Source of the DNA: Candidatus Scatosoma sp.
GTDB lineage: Bacteria > Bacillota > Clostridia > Christensenellales > Borkfalkiaceae
Assembly (NCBI GenBank): GCA_045588185.1
Contig: JAZNDR010000051.1
Location: 5,132 to 69,131 of the forward strand
DNA length: 64,000 nt
Reading direction: 5' to 3'
The translations under genes and the position numbers were made by a program. Shown here one piece after another: positions 53,053 through 62,951 of this stretch (positions are counted from its first letter, which is position 1; each line of letters begins with the position of its first letter). Below the pieces are notes generated by a model. The model worked only from the letters and a program-made list of their open reading frames with translations, did no database searches and was not told where the DNA came from.

Positions 53053-54753
53053 ATGTTATCCAGACTCACGATAAAAAACGTAGCGTTAATAGAAAATGCG
53101 GATATAACGTTCGGCGAAGGCTTGAACGTTCTTTCTGGTGAAACGGGCGCAGGGAAATCGGTTATTCTCGATTCCGTAAATTTCGTTTTAGGAGCAAAAG
53201 CCGACCGCTCTATGATTCGTTATGGCGAAACGGAATGTTTGGTGAAAGCGGAATTTTCCGTATCAGAAGATTCGCGTGCCGTACAAACGCTTCGCGATAT
53301 GGATATTGATTCGGACGGGGAAATCATAATTTCCCGTAAATTCTCTGAAACGGGTAAAAATGCTGTAAAAATCAATGGGAATACCGTTACCGCAACTATG
53401 CTCCGCAGGGTAACCGACTCTCTTGTAGACGTGCACGGACAAAGCGAACATTTCTTTTTGTTGCAAGAAAGCAATCAATTAAAGACGCTTGATAGCGTAG
53501 TTGGACAAGAAATAAGCGGTTTAAAACAAAATCTTGCCGAATTGTTAAAGGAAGCCCGCTGTATCGACGAACAAATTGCAATGCTCGGCGGAGACGAACA
53601 AGAACGGGCGAGAAGAATGGAGCTTCTCAAATTCCAAATCGAAGAAATTGCTTCCGTAGATTTACAAGAGGGCGAAGAGGAAGAACTTATTGCAAAACGC
53701 AATAAAATCAACAATCTTGAAAAAATCATACTTTCTCTTAAAGAAGCTACGCAAGCGTTGTCAGGAGAAGCAGGCGTATTAGACGGGCTACGCAGTGCAT
53801 CCCGTACTTTAAGTACAATTTCCGCTTTGGACGAAAACTACGCGATTGCATATGAAAAATTAGAATCTTTGGCAATCGAAGCCGACGACGTTGCGGAAAT
53901 CTTAACAGACCTTGGGGACGAACTGTATTTCGACGAAAACGAAGCGGAGGAAACGGAGAATCGGTTAGATGCGATTCGCGCGTTAAAACGCAAATACGGA
54001 ACGGATAAAAAACAAATAGACGAGTATTTTCAAAAGATACAAACGGAATACGATTTACTTTCTGATTGTGAGGGACAATACGCACTTTTAACCGAGAAAA
54101 AAGAGAAAAATACGGATAAAGTTTATAAAATCTGCCGTGAAATGACGGATATTCGTAAAAATTGCGGGGCAGGCTTTTGTCGCCGTGTAATTGAAGAATT
54201 AAAAACGCTCAATATTGCGTACGCACAATTTGAGATACAGTTTAACGAATATTCGAAATTGGACGCTATACGCGCAACCGCGAACGGATTAGACAATATA
54301 TGTTTTTTATTTTCCGCAAATGCAGGCGAGCCAATGAAACCGCTTGGGAAGATTATCAGCGGGGGCGAAATGAGTAGATTTATGCTTGCCGTAAAAACCC
54401 AGTTTTCCGACGTAAACGAAATATCGACTTATATTTTTGACGAAATTGATGCGGGTATCAGCGGAAAAACGGCAAAAGTAGTAGGTGAAAAGTTGGCGCG
54501 TATAGCCAAAAACACACAAATTATCGCCGTGTCGCACCTCGCGCAAATTGCCGTTATGAGCGATAATGAATTTCTTATTGAAAAAGAGGAAGCAAACGGA
54601 AAAACGCTAACAAAAGTCTTTGCTTTAAATGCAAACGAGCAAAAACGCGAAATTGTGCGTTTGCTTGGTGGGAGCGATAGCGACGAGTACGCAATGAAAC
54701 ACGCGGAAGAACTTTTAAAACAGGCAAAAGAATACAAAAAGTCCTTTTCTTAA
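53053..54753 (+). CDS. recN: DNA repair protein RecN
   Basis: Walker A GETGAGKS, a long coiled-coil, the signature SGGEMSR and Walker B IFDEIDAG. Confidence 0.95.
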   Translation: MLSRLTIKNVALIENADITFGEGLNVLSGETGAGKSVILDSVNFVLGAKADRSMIRYGETECLVKAEFSVSEDSRAVQTLRDMDIDSDGEIIISRKFSETGKNAVKINGNTVTATMLRRVTDSLVDVHGQSEHFFLLQESNQLKTLDSVVGQEISGLKQNLAELLKEARCIDEQIAMLGGDEQERARRMELLKFQIEEIASVDLQEGEEEELIAKRNKINNLEKIILSLKEATQALSGEAGVLDGLRSASRTLSTISALDENYAIAYEKLESLAIEADDVAEILTDLGDELYFDENEAEETENRLDAIRALKRKYGTDKKQIDEYFQKIQTEYDLLSDCEGQYALLTEKKEKNTDKVYKICREMTDIRKNCGAGFCRRVIEELKTLNIAYAQFEIQFNEYSKLDAIRATANGLDNICFLFSANAGEPMKPLGKIISGGEMSRFMLAVKTQFSDVNEISTYIFDEIDAGISGKTAKVVGEKLARIAKNTQIIAVSHLAQIAVMSDNEFLIEKEEANGKTLTKVFALNANEQKREIVRLLGGSDSDEYAMKHAEELLKQAKEYKKSFS

Positions 54754-54786
54754 CAGTAAACCTAAAGAAATTTGACTATTAAATAA

Positions 54787-54815
54787 GAATAGAAACACTT
54801 AATTTGCACAAATTA
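54787..54815 (+). promoter_or_regulatory. forespore sigma-G/F-type promoter candidate for spoIVB
   Basis: GAATA (54787-54791), 17 nt, then CAAATTA (54809-54815). This fits GHATR-17/18-CAHWHTA. In B. subtilis spoIVB is sigma-F/G dependent. Confidence 0.4.
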
Positions 54816-54834
54816 CCTTTAAACGGAGGGTAAT

Positions 54835-55848
54835 ATGCGTAAATTAAGTTTTTTTCTTTTAGGGGCAATATTGACCTTCGCGTTTGTTTTTTGCGGTTTT
54901 GGAGTATCTATAACATCTGTATTCGCTCATGAAAATATCGTATTTATCGGCGGAATGTCGGCAGGATTTACATTGAAATCGGGGAATGTGCAAATTGTAG
55001 GTACTTGCGAAGTAATGACGGAAAACGGCGTGTGCTCGCCTGCCCTTGAAGCTGGATTACGCACAGGCGACCATATTATTAAGGTGGGCGGAATCCGTGT
55101 CGAAACGATTGCGGAATTAAACGAAGTCGTAGATAAAAGCCAAGGAAAAACGGTAGCATTGGAAGTTGAGAGAGGGAGCGAAACGCTCATTGTACAGATA
55201 CAATCAGTTAAGGACCGAGTTGCGGGAAGATATAAAATAGGCGTTCTTGCTCGCGATAGCGTATCGGGTATCGGTACGGTAACTTATATCGACCCGTCTA
55301 ACCGCCGTTTTGCCGCATTAGGACATTCCGTTGTCGGAGAAAACAAGCGTGAATTAAAAATTTCCGATGGAATTGTATATGAATGCAACATTGTTGGCGT
55401 GAGTAAAGGTATACGCGGAAAGGCGGGCGAGCTTCGAGGAATGTTTTTAAGCGATAAAACGTTAGGAAAAGCAGAAAAGCTCTGCCATTGCGGGATATTC
55501 GGCGAAATTTCAAACGATTATAGAACGGACGGATTAACGCGCGCCACTGCAGATTCATCAAACGTAATCCCAGGGGAAGCTTATATATATTCGACCGTCA
55601 ATGGTGCAGAACGAAAACGGTTTACTATTGATATTGTAAAAGTAGACAGAAATAATAAAGAAAATAAAAATTACGTTATTAAAGTAACGGACGAAGCTTT
55701 GATTTCCGAAACAGGGGGAATCGTACAAGGAATGAGCGGAAGCCCGATTGTTCAAAACGGCAAACTTATCGGAGCTGTAACACACGTGTTTTTAAACGAC
55801 CCTACGCGCGGTTACGGAATAGACGTGCAAACTATGCTAAAAGAATAG
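54835..55848 (+). CDS. spoIVB: SpoIVB signalling serine peptidase (S55)
   Basis: PDZ region (GLRTGDHIIKVGG), GTVTYIDPSNRRFAALGH, and the catalytic GMSGSPI. Confidence 0.9.
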   Translation: MRKLSFFLLGAILTFAFVFCGFGVSITSVFAHENIVFIGGMSAGFTLKSGNVQIVGTCEVMTENGVCSPALEAGLRTGDHIIKVGGIRVETIAELNEVVDKSQGKTVALEVERGSETLIVQIQSVKDRVAGRYKIGVLARDSVSGIGTVTYIDPSNRRFAALGHSVVGENKRELKISDGIVYECNIVGVSKGIRGKAGELRGMFLSDKTLGKAEKLCHCGIFGEISNDYRTDGLTRATADSSNVIPGEAYIYSTVNGAERKRFTIDIVKVDRNNKENKNYVIKVTDEALISETGGIVQGMSGSPIVQNGKLIGAVTHVFLNDPTRGYGIDVQTMLKE

Positions 55849-55927
55849 TAGATTGCTTCGTCTAACATAATTATTGTGCGTGGCATAGTAATTTGCTCAT
55901 GCTACGCAAACGAAGAAAGGAGAGAGT

Positions 55928-57142
55928 ATGAAAAAATTTTTATGGCCTATTGCAGTATTAAGTTCAGCTTGTTGCGTTGGCGCAAAGAATATAACCAAGT
56001 ATGAAGCCTACGCTGAAAAAGCGAGCGAATATGCACAAAACGTAGAGGAAACGATTTATACGTCAAGTGAAAACACCTTACAAATTCGTGCAAAATCAGC
56101 CTATTTAATGGATTTCGGAACGGGCGCCCCTATTTACTCATTAAACGAAAAGGCGCATTTACCGATTGCGAGTATGTGCAAAATTATGACCTTGATATTA
56201 TCCTTTGACGCTATACGCGAAGGGATATTGAGTATGGAAGAGGAAATCGTCGTGAGCGAAAGGGCGGCTTCTATGGGCGGATCGCAGGTTTTCTTGGAAG
56301 CGAACGCAAAATACCAAGTAAAAGAGTTAATAAAAAGCATCATTGTATGCTCAGCAAACGATAGTTGTGTAGCTTTGGCGGAAAAAATAGCGGGCAACGA
56401 ATCGGCTTTTACGGATAAAATGAACGATCGAGCAAAGAAATTGGGCGCAAATGATACTCTTTTTGCAAATTGTACGGGACTTCCAAAAGAACCGCAATAT
56501 TCCTGTGCAAAAGACGTCGCGATAATGTTAAAGGAGCTGCTGAAAAACAAGGAATATTTTGAATTCGGTAAGGTATGGTTGGATAAATTCTCTCACCCCC
56601 AAGGAAGATACACAGAAATAACCAACACTAATAAATTAGTACGTTTTTACGACGGTTGCGATGGTGGCAAAACGGGCTTTACCAATCAAGCGGGATTTTG
56701 TCTTGCCGCAACGGCGAAGCGAAACGATATGCGTATCGTTTCCGTCGTAATCGGGGAAAAGAGCAGTGCCGATCGTTTTGAAGACAGCCGTGCATTATTC
56801 GATTATGCCTTTGCAAATTACTGTGTTGCGCCTATCGTAGAAGCAGGCGTGCCGTTAGAACAAAGCGTAGCGGTAAGCGGCGGGAAATTAAAGACAATTT
56901 CCGTAGTACCCAAGAAAAGTTCGTTTGCTTTTTCAAAAAGAGGCGAAAAAGCAAATATACAAACGGAAATGATTTTAGATAGTTTACGTGCTCCGATTAA
57001 CGTTGGAGATAAAGTCGGCGAGCTTATTGTTTATAAAGACAACGTAGAAATCGACCGTGTTGAGCTTGTCGCAAACGAATGTGTGGAAAAAGCAAATATT
57101 TTTGATTGTATCCAGGACGTTGCACGCGGTTGGAACGGCTAA
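55928..57142 (+). CDS. D-alanyl-D-alanine carboxypeptidase (PBP5-type, S11)
   Basis: SMCK (SxxK), SAND (SxN) and KTGFT (KTG) motifs. Signal peptide and a C-terminal PBP5_C-like domain. Confidence 0.85.
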   Translation: MKKFLWPIAVLSSACCVGAKNITKYEAYAEKASEYAQNVEETIYTSSENTLQIRAKSAYLMDFGTGAPIYSLNEKAHLPIASMCKIMTLILSFDAIREGILSMEEEIVVSERAASMGGSQVFLEANAKYQVKELIKSIIVCSANDSCVALAEKIAGNESAFTDKMNDRAKKLGANDTLFANCTGLPKEPQYSCAKDVAIMLKELLKNKEYFEFGKVWLDKFSHPQGRYTEITNTNKLVRFYDGCDGGKTGFTNQAGFCLAATAKRNDMRIVSVVIGEKSSADRFEDSRALFDYAFANYCVAPIVEAGVPLEQSVAVSGGKLKTISVVPKKSSFAFSKRGEKANIQTEMILDSLRAPINVGDKVGELIVYKDNVEIDRVELVANECVEKANIFDCIQDVARGWNG

Positions 57143-57163
57143 AAATCAAGAAAATAGAATATA

Positions 57164-57206
57164 AAAATCCGCCTTTGCGAAAAAAATTCCGCAAAGGCGG
57201 ATTTTT
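57164..57206 (+). terminator. intrinsic terminator
   Basis: 16-bp stem AAAAATCCGCCTTTGCG / CGCAAAGGCGGATTTTT. Confidence 0.8.
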
Positions 57207-57230
57207 CAATAAAAAACAGCCGTTGTGCTC

Positions 57231-57259
57231 TTGCATTTTTTTGATAAATTTGATAAAAT
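57231..57259 (+). promoter_or_regulatory. sigma-A-type promoter (TTGCAT-17-TAAAAT) for lysA
   Basis: Hexamers at 57231-57236 and 57254-57259. Confidence 0.5.
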
Positions 57260-57289
57260 AATATAAACTTGTTTTAAGAAGGTTTTAAA

Positions 57290-58627
57290 ATGAACACAAG
57301 AGAAACTTTGAAAATAAATGAAAAGGGGCATTTAGAAATCGGTGGGGCAGACTCTGTTGAGCTCGCTCAGAAATTCGGAACGCCTTTATACGTTTTTGAC
57401 GAAGCGTACATTCGTAAAATGATGCGGGTATACCGTGATACTTTGGCGAAAAAATATGCGGGGCAGGGCTTGGTATTATATGCCTCGAAAGCCTTTTCCT
57501 GTCAGGCTATCTACCGTATTGCGGACGAAGAGAATATTGGCGTTGACGTTGTTTCAGGCGGAGAACTTTATACGGCGTTAAAAGCAGGTTTTCCCGCAAA
57601 AAAAATCTATATGCACGGGAATAATAAACTCGACTATGAGCTTGGCGAAGCTTTGGACGCGGGGATAGGCTGTATTGTCGCGGACGCTTATTCTGAAATC
57701 GACAAAATCACTGCGGAAGCAAAAAAGCGGGGTGTCGTGCAAGATATTCTGCTTCGTATCAATCCTGGTGTGGAAGCGCATACGCACGCATTCGTACAAA
57801 CCGCTACAACAGATAGTAAATTCGGGTTTTCTATTTCCGACGGCACGGCGGAATCGGTTACGGCGTACGCGTTAAAAAAGGATAACGTACGATTAAAGGG
57901 ATACCATTGCCATATCGGTTCACAGATTTTTGAAAAACAATCTTTCGTGCTCGCCGTAAACAAATGTATGGATTTCGTTGCAGAAATGAAAAATAAGCTT
58001 ACATTTGAGGCAGATACGCTTAATCTCGGCGGGGGATTTGGGATTTGGTATACGGACGAGGACCGTAAAATCGCCCCCGAAGGATATGCCGAATATTTAG
58101 AAGCGCTCATTGACGCGGTGACGAAAAAAGCAAAGGAAAATCGGTTAAAATTACCGTTTCTTCTTATCGAGCCTGGACGTTCTATCGTCGGCGAAGCGGG
58201 TATTACTTTGTATACGGTAGGTGCTATTAAGGATATACCTTCCGTGAAGAAATACGTGGCAATCGACGGCGGTATGTTTGACAATCCCCGCTATGCGCTT
58301 TATCAATCGAAATATACGCCCGTTTTGGCAAACCGTGCAAACGAAGAGCCGACGGAAATCGTTTCTATTGCAGGCAAATGCTGTGAAAGCGGCGATTTGA
58401 TTGCTGTCAACGTAGCGTTACCGCAAGCAAAATCGGGAGATATTCTTGCCGTTCTTTCTACGGGCGCTTATAATTATTCTATGGCAATGAATTATAATCG
58501 CAATAAAATCCCGCCTTGTATTCTCGTAAACGAAGGAGAAGCGGAATACATTGTTCGCCCGCAAAGCTACGAAGATATAAACCGCAACGACGTAATTCCT
58601 TCGAGACTTGCTAAAAACAAAGATTAA
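57290..58627 (+). CDS. lysA: diaminopimelate decarboxylase
   Basis: PLP-Lys region YASKAF, HCHIGSQ, LNLGGGFG and CESGD motifs. Confidence 0.95.
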   Translation: MNTRETLKINEKGHLEIGGADSVELAQKFGTPLYVFDEAYIRKMMRVYRDTLAKKYAGQGLVLYASKAFSCQAIYRIADEENIGVDVVSGGELYTALKAGFPAKKIYMHGNNKLDYELGEALDAGIGCIVADAYSEIDKITAEAKKRGVVQDILLRINPGVEAHTHAFVQTATTDSKFGFSISDGTAESVTAYALKKDNVRLKGYHCHIGSQIFEKQSFVLAVNKCMDFVAEMKNKLTFEADTLNLGGGFGIWYTDEDRKIAPEGYAEYLEALIDAVTKKAKENRLKLPFLLIEPGRSIVGEAGITLYTVGAIKDIPSVKKYVAIDGGMFDNPRYALYQSKYTPVLANRANEEPTEIVSIAGKCCESGDLIAVNVALPQAKSGDILAVLSTGAYNYSMAMNYNRNKIPPCILVNEGEAEYIVRPQSYEDINRNDVIPSRLAKNKD

Positions 58628-58628
58628 C

Positions 58629-58657
58629 TTGCATTTTTGCGCAAAAACTGTTATAAT
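58629..58657 (+). promoter_or_regulatory. sigma-A-type promoter (TTGCAT-17-TATAAT) for scpA
   Basis: Hexamers at 58629-58634 and 58652-58657. Confidence 0.5.
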
Positions 58658-58677
58658 TAAAATAAAGGGAGTAGGGT

Positions 58678-59502
58678 ATGGAAAAGGAGAAGTTGACGGT
58701 TGCGTCGGTCAAAAATTTCGAAACGGAAGTAGATTATACGACCGTTTTGGATAACTTTGAAGGACCGCTTGACCTCTTATTATATCTGATAAAAGAGGAA
58801 GAGATTGAAATTAAAGATATTTTCGTTTCGCAAGTAACGGAGCAATTCCTTTCCTACATGCAAGGATTACCGTATTTGGATATGGAAAAGGCGAGCGAAT
58901 ACTTGAATATCGCCGCTACGATTATTGATATCAAGGCACGCAGTCTTGTCCCCCCGCCCGACGACGGTTTGGAAGATGCTTGGATGGACGACGACGGTTT
59001 TGACGTTGGATACGATCCCAAGCGCGAGCTGATCCAAGCTCTTGAAGAATATCAAACGGCGAAAAAATTAAAAGAACGCGAAACAATTGGTTACATATTC
59101 AAAGAGCCCGATAAGGAATTCGCCGCGGTAAAAGTACAATATACGGATATGACGTTAGACGGATTGATGAACGCGTTTACCAAGATGATGCTTCGATTGG
59201 AAAGTAAAAAGCGCGAAAATCCGCCGCCCCGCGAAATTCCCAAAGACATTTATACCGTTCAAGATAAAATCAAACATATTCGCGAACGGATAACTGTAAA
59301 AGAAGAAACGAATTTCGAGGAACTATTCGACGAAAACGCAACGACACCCGAAGTAGTAACCACCTTTCAAGCGTTGTTGGAGCTTTTAAAACATCAATTT
59401 ATCATTGTTGAACAGGAAGACCTTTTCTCTTCCATACTGATTAAGAAAAATCCTAATAGAAGCGAGGACGAAGAAATTGGAGAAATTGACGAATATAATT
59501 GA
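58678..59502 (+). CDS. scpA: segregation and condensation protein A
   Basis: FEGPLDLLLYLIKEEEIEIKDI N-terminal kleisin motif. Confidence 0.9.
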   Translation: MEKEKLTVASVKNFETEVDYTTVLDNFEGPLDLLLYLIKEEEIEIKDIFVSQVTEQFLSYMQGLPYLDMEKASEYLNIAATIIDIKARSLVPPPDDGLEDAWMDDDGFDVGYDPKRELIQALEEYQTAKKLKERETIGYIFKEPDKEFAAVKVQYTDMTLDGLMNAFTKMMLRLESKKRENPPPREIPKDIYTVQDKIKHIRERITVKEETNFEELFDENATTPEVVTTFQALLELLKHQFIIVEQEDLFSSILIKKNPNRSEDEEIGEIDEYN

Positions 59503-60178
59503 GGCTATACTTTTCGCGTCGGGGGACGCCGTGCCCATTGATTTATTGCGTGAAAAGCTGCAAACCAACAAACGCCAAACGGACGAGGCTATCCGTCAGT
59601 TGGAAAAGAAATATGCAGGCGATTGCGGTATCCGCCTTTTGCATTTCAATCATAAATTGCAGTTTGCTACCAATCCCGATTATAAAGAAGAGGTTTCGTT
59701 GGTTTTAACGCCGATACGCGAAAAGGAATTTACGCGTACCATTTTGGAGTGTGCCGCTATCATTGCCTATAAGCAACCGATTACAAGAACGGAATTAGAG
59801 GATATTCGCGGGGTAAACAGCGATTATGCCATTACAACTTTATTGAGCTTAGATATGATTTTTCCTTGTGGGAGAAAAGATACCCCGGGCAAACCCGTTC
59901 AATATGCCACGACGGATAACTTCCTCAAACGCTTTAAGCTGAAATCGCTTGCGGAACTGCCTGATTATGCGGATCTTATGAAGAAGATAGCAGAGCTCAA
60001 CGCCACGAGCGTAGACAGCACTTATCTTTATGAAAAAGACGTATACAACCCCGACGAAGACCCTGAATTGCTCGAAGAAGCTCCTGAAGCCGAAAATAAA
60101 GATAAGGCAAGTTCCGACGGATTCGAGCTGCCTGACTTCCTCAAAGACATAGAAGACGGTATCATTAAAATACAATAA
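59477..60178 (+). CDS. scpB: segregation and condensation protein B
   Basis: IEAILFASGD, IAYKQPITRTELEDIRGV and GRKDTPGKPVQYATT motifs. TTG start overlaps scpA. Confidence 0.9.
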   Translation: MEKLTNIIEAILFASGDAVPIDLLREKLQTNKRQTDEAIRQLEKKYAGDCGIRLLHFNHKLQFATNPDYKEEVSLVLTPIREKEFTRTILECAAIIAYKQPITRTELEDIRGVNSDYAITTLLSLDMIFPCGRKDTPGKPVQYATTDNFLKRFKLKSLAELPDYADLMKKIAELNATSVDSTYLYEKDVYNPDEDPELLEEAPEAENKDKASSDGFELPDFLKDIEDGIIKIQ

Positions 60179-60203
60179 AACGCGCACGAAAATACATACT
60201 TTT

Positions 60204-60782
60204 ATGAAACCTGCCCATATTGAAGTTATGGGCAGGTTATTTTTGTATACTGCGATTATACTTGCGGGAATCGCCTTTCTTTTATTTTTTCCGATTGTAT
60301 TTGAGACGGATATTCATTTTGATGTCAATCGAAAAAAATGCGCATTTGCCGTGTTTTTATATAAAAAACTGAAGCTTATCGGTGGTTATGCAGCGACTTA
60401 TCAAGGCGGAATCGCTCTGCACGTTTCGCCTAAAAAGGCGATTTTGATACCGTATTCGGAAATCAACAGCAAACGAAAAAAGTTTTCCTTTGTCAAAACC
60501 TTTCGCTTGGTCGCGTTTACCCTCACAACGGAAACGGGCGCAGAATATTTAATTCCCGTATCCTTGGCACATACGGTATTGCGAGTATATTTTTTTGTAA
60601 TCGGGGGCGATAAAGAAAAAATTGAAAATAACCTGTGGCTGACGGACGGCGACGTATTGCGCGTATCGCTTAACAGCGTCGTTTATTTTAACGGATATAT
60701 CTTATTAGTTAATTTTTTTAAATTTATAAAGGAGAAAGCAGTAATATTATGGCGGAAAAAGACAAAAAAATCAACAGTTTAA
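60204..60782 (+). CDS. DUF2953/YtfI-like membrane protein (start uncertain)
   Basis: N-terminal TM segment. It lies immediately upstream of and overlapping ytfJ, as in sporulation ytfI-ytfJ pairs. Both candidate ATGs (60204, 60228) lie at or in the terminator hairpin. Confidence 0.5.
   Translation: MKPAHIEVMGRLFLYTAIILAGIAFLLFFPIVFETDIHFDVNRKKCAFAVFLYKKLKLIGGYAATYQGGIALHVSPKKAILIPYSEINSKRKKFSFVKTFRLVAFTLTTETGAEYLIPVSLAHTVLRVYFFVIGGDKEKIENNLWLTDGDVLRVSLNSVVYFNGYILLVNFFKFIKEKAVILWRKKTKKSTV
60209..60244 (+). terminator. intrinsic terminator after scpB that overlaps the next ORF's start
   Basis: 11-bp stem ACCTGCCCATA / TATGGGCAGGT followed by TATTTTTG. Confidence 0.7.
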
Positions 60783-61120
60783 TCGACGCGTCGATTGAAA
60801 ACTTGGACAATCTTGCAGACGTAAATACCGTAATCGGAAAACCGATCGTTACGGCAAGCGGTTTTCAAGTAATACCGTTTTCGAAAATAACAATGGGCAA
60901 TCTTTCGGGCGGTGGAGAGTACGGCGACATAAAGGTCGTAAAAGAAATAGACGCAATGCCTTTTGCAGGCGGAAGCGGTGCGGTAATCAGTATGAAACCT
61001 ATGGGCTTTCTTATCGACGACGGAAAATCCTGTCGGATACTCCGTATTACGGATGAACCGATTGATAATTTAATTGAACGCGCAGGCGAGATTGTACGTG
61101 ACGTAATGGCAAAGGAATAA
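60749..61120 (+). CDS. ytfJ: sporulation protein YtfJ/GerW family
   Basis: VIGKPIVTASGFQVIPFSKITMGNLSGGGEYG...PFAGGSGAVISMKPMGFLI matches the family pattern. AAGGAGA RBS. Confidence 0.8.
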   Translation: MAEKDKKINSLIDASIENLDNLADVNTVIGKPIVTASGFQVIPFSKITMGNLSGGGEYGDIKVVKEIDAMPFAGGSGAVISMKPMGFLIDDGKSCRILRITDEPIDNLIERAGEIVRDVMAKE

Positions 61121-61125
61121 ACTGT

Positions 61126-62169
61126 ATGCGAAAAAAAAGCTTTGTTTTTCGCCTGTTTAGCGCTTCAATTGTCGCCGCTTATCTTTTTGCCATACTTGCA
61201 CCTGAACGGATAATCACAAAAGCAGTTACGGATGCAGTTGAAGCAAAAGGCGAATGTGTTATGGAGGTGAACAGCCGTCGAGTTTTATATCAATCGCACG
61301 GCGATATTCGTTTGCCTATGGCAAGTACGACAAAAATTCTTACTTGTATTACGGTGTTAGAATCCGTTTCGCTTAATGAAAAGGTAACGATACCTTTGGA
61401 AGCGACAGGAATAGAAGGTTCTTCCGTATATTTAAAAGAAGGGGAAGTGTATACGGTAGAAGATTTGCTGTACGGACTTATGCTCCGTTCAGGGAATGAC
61501 TGCGCTACCGCTTTGGCAATCTATTGTTGCGGAAGTATAGAGAAATTTTCCGCTAAAATGAACGAAACTGCGCAAAAAGCAGGGGCGCTTGCAAGTAATT
61601 TTGAGAATCCACACGGACTCCCCGAAAAAGAACACTATACCACTGCCTACGATTTGGGATTAATTACCGCGTATGCTATGCAAAATCCGACTTTTCGGCA
61701 AATAGTCGCTACACAATACTATCAACCGAAAGGCTGGAAAAATAAAAATAAAATGCTGACCTTATACGACGGCGGGATAGGCGTGAAAACGGGATATACA
61801 AAAGAAGCAGGAAGATGTTTGGTTTCCGCAGCCGAAAGGGGCGGAATGACGCTTGTTTGCGTAGTCTTAAACTGTTCAACGACGTACGAGCGCTCGGCCG
61901 AGCTTTTAAACGATGCTTTTGAGAATTATGAATACACCCGTCTATTAAGCACGAACGAGAAAGTGGATATTCTTGAAATGAAAACGCAAGGGCATTGTAA
62001 AAAGGATTACTATTATCCGTTACTGAAAGAAGAAAAATCTCTTATCGAAATAAAAACAAAAGCATTGAAATCGGTTGGCAAAGAACAAAAAATAGAGAAA
62101 ATTATCGGGGAATTTGAAATATATCTCTCAAATCGGTTGCTTTTTTCGGGGAATTTATATAAACTATAA
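61126..62169 (+). CDS. D-alanyl-D-alanine carboxypeptidase (S11)
   Basis: STTK (SxxK), SGND (SxN) and KTGYT (KTG) motifs. N-terminal anchor. Confidence 0.85.
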   Translation: MRKKSFVFRLFSASIVAAYLFAILAPERIITKAVTDAVEAKGECVMEVNSRRVLYQSHGDIRLPMASTTKILTCITVLESVSLNEKVTIPLEATGIEGSSVYLKEGEVYTVEDLLYGLMLRSGNDCATALAIYCCGSIEKFSAKMNETAQKAGALASNFENPHGLPEKEHYTTAYDLGLITAYAMQNPTFRQIVATQYYQPKGWKNKNKMLTLYDGGIGVKTGYTKEAGRCLVSAAERGGMTLVCVVLNCSTTYERSAELLNDAFENYEYTRLLSTNEKVDILEMKTQGHCKKDYYYPLLKEEKSLIEIKTKALKSVGKEQKIEKIIGEFEIYLSNRLLFSGNLYKL

Positions 62170-62197
62170 TAGTAAAAATAACCCAAGAAGGAACACC

Positions 62198-62902
62198 ATG
62201 AGAATCAATAAGTATTTAGCGGAAAAGGGTGTGGCAAGCAGACGGCACGCCGACGAAATGATCGCAAACGGGCGAGTAAAAATCAACGGCGTGGTAGCCA
62301 CACTTGGTGCAACCGTATCCGAAAACGACGAGGTATGCGTAGACGAACAAATCCTTTCCCAAGAAGAAACTGCACTCGAATATTATATAATGAATAAGCC
62401 CAAAGGGGTACTTTGTACCGTTTCGGACGATCGTGGCAGAAAAACGGTAATGGATTTTCTACCCGAAGGCACAGGACGCGTTTTTCCCGTCGGAAGGCTT
62501 GATTATGAAACGGAAGGGTTACTTCTGCTCACGAACGACGGAGATCTTGCTTTTCGATTGACGCACCCAACGAGCGAAATTCCTAAAACTTATATGGCAC
62601 GTATCGAGGGCACAATGACGGAAAAAGACCTCAACCGTATTCGTTCAGGGATTGAGTTAGACGGCATTATGACAAAAAAGTGCAAGGCGCATATCGTTGA
62701 AACGAATAAAGCATATACGAAAGTGCATATTACGATTACGGAAGGCAGAAACCGTCAAATCCGCCGTATGTTCGAGGCAATCGGAAGAACGGTCGCGTTT
62801 TTGAAACGCGTAAGTATCGGCAGTTTAAAGCTTTCAGGCTTGGATAGAGGAGAAACTCGAAAACTTACGGAAGAGGAAGTTGCATATTTACAAGGTCTTT
62901 AA
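62198..62902 (+). CDS. rluB: rRNA pseudouridine synthase (RluB/RsuA family)
   Basis: S4 domain (RINKYLAEKGVASRR) and catalytic PVGRLDYETEGLLLLTNDG. Start moved to ATG 62198. Confidence 0.85.
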   Translation: MRINKYLAEKGVASRRHADEMIANGRVKINGVVATLGATVSENDEVCVDEQILSQEETALEYYIMNKPKGVLCTVSDDRGRKTVMDFLPEGTGRVFPVGRLDYETEGLLLLTNDGDLAFRLTHPTSEIPKTYMARIEGTMTEKDLNRIRSGIELDGIMTKKCKAHIVETNKAYTKVHITITEGRNRQIRRMFEAIGRTVAFLKRVSIGSLKLSGLDRGETRKLTEEEVAYLQGL

Positions 62903-62910
62903 AAGAAACA

Positions 62911-62947
62911 GCCCTGCGGTATGATAACCGCAGGGCGTTATTTTTTG
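62911..62947. terminator. bidirectional terminator between rluB and lexA
   Basis: 9-bp stem GCCCTGCGG / CCGCAGGGC with T-runs on both strands. Confidence 0.75.
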
Positions 62948-62951
62948 TGTT

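Noticed and set aside
57207-57289. Lysine riboswitch (L-box) upstream of lysA
   Set aside because: The leader after the promoter is only ~30 nt and AT-rich, which leaves no room for an L-box of roughly 180 nt.
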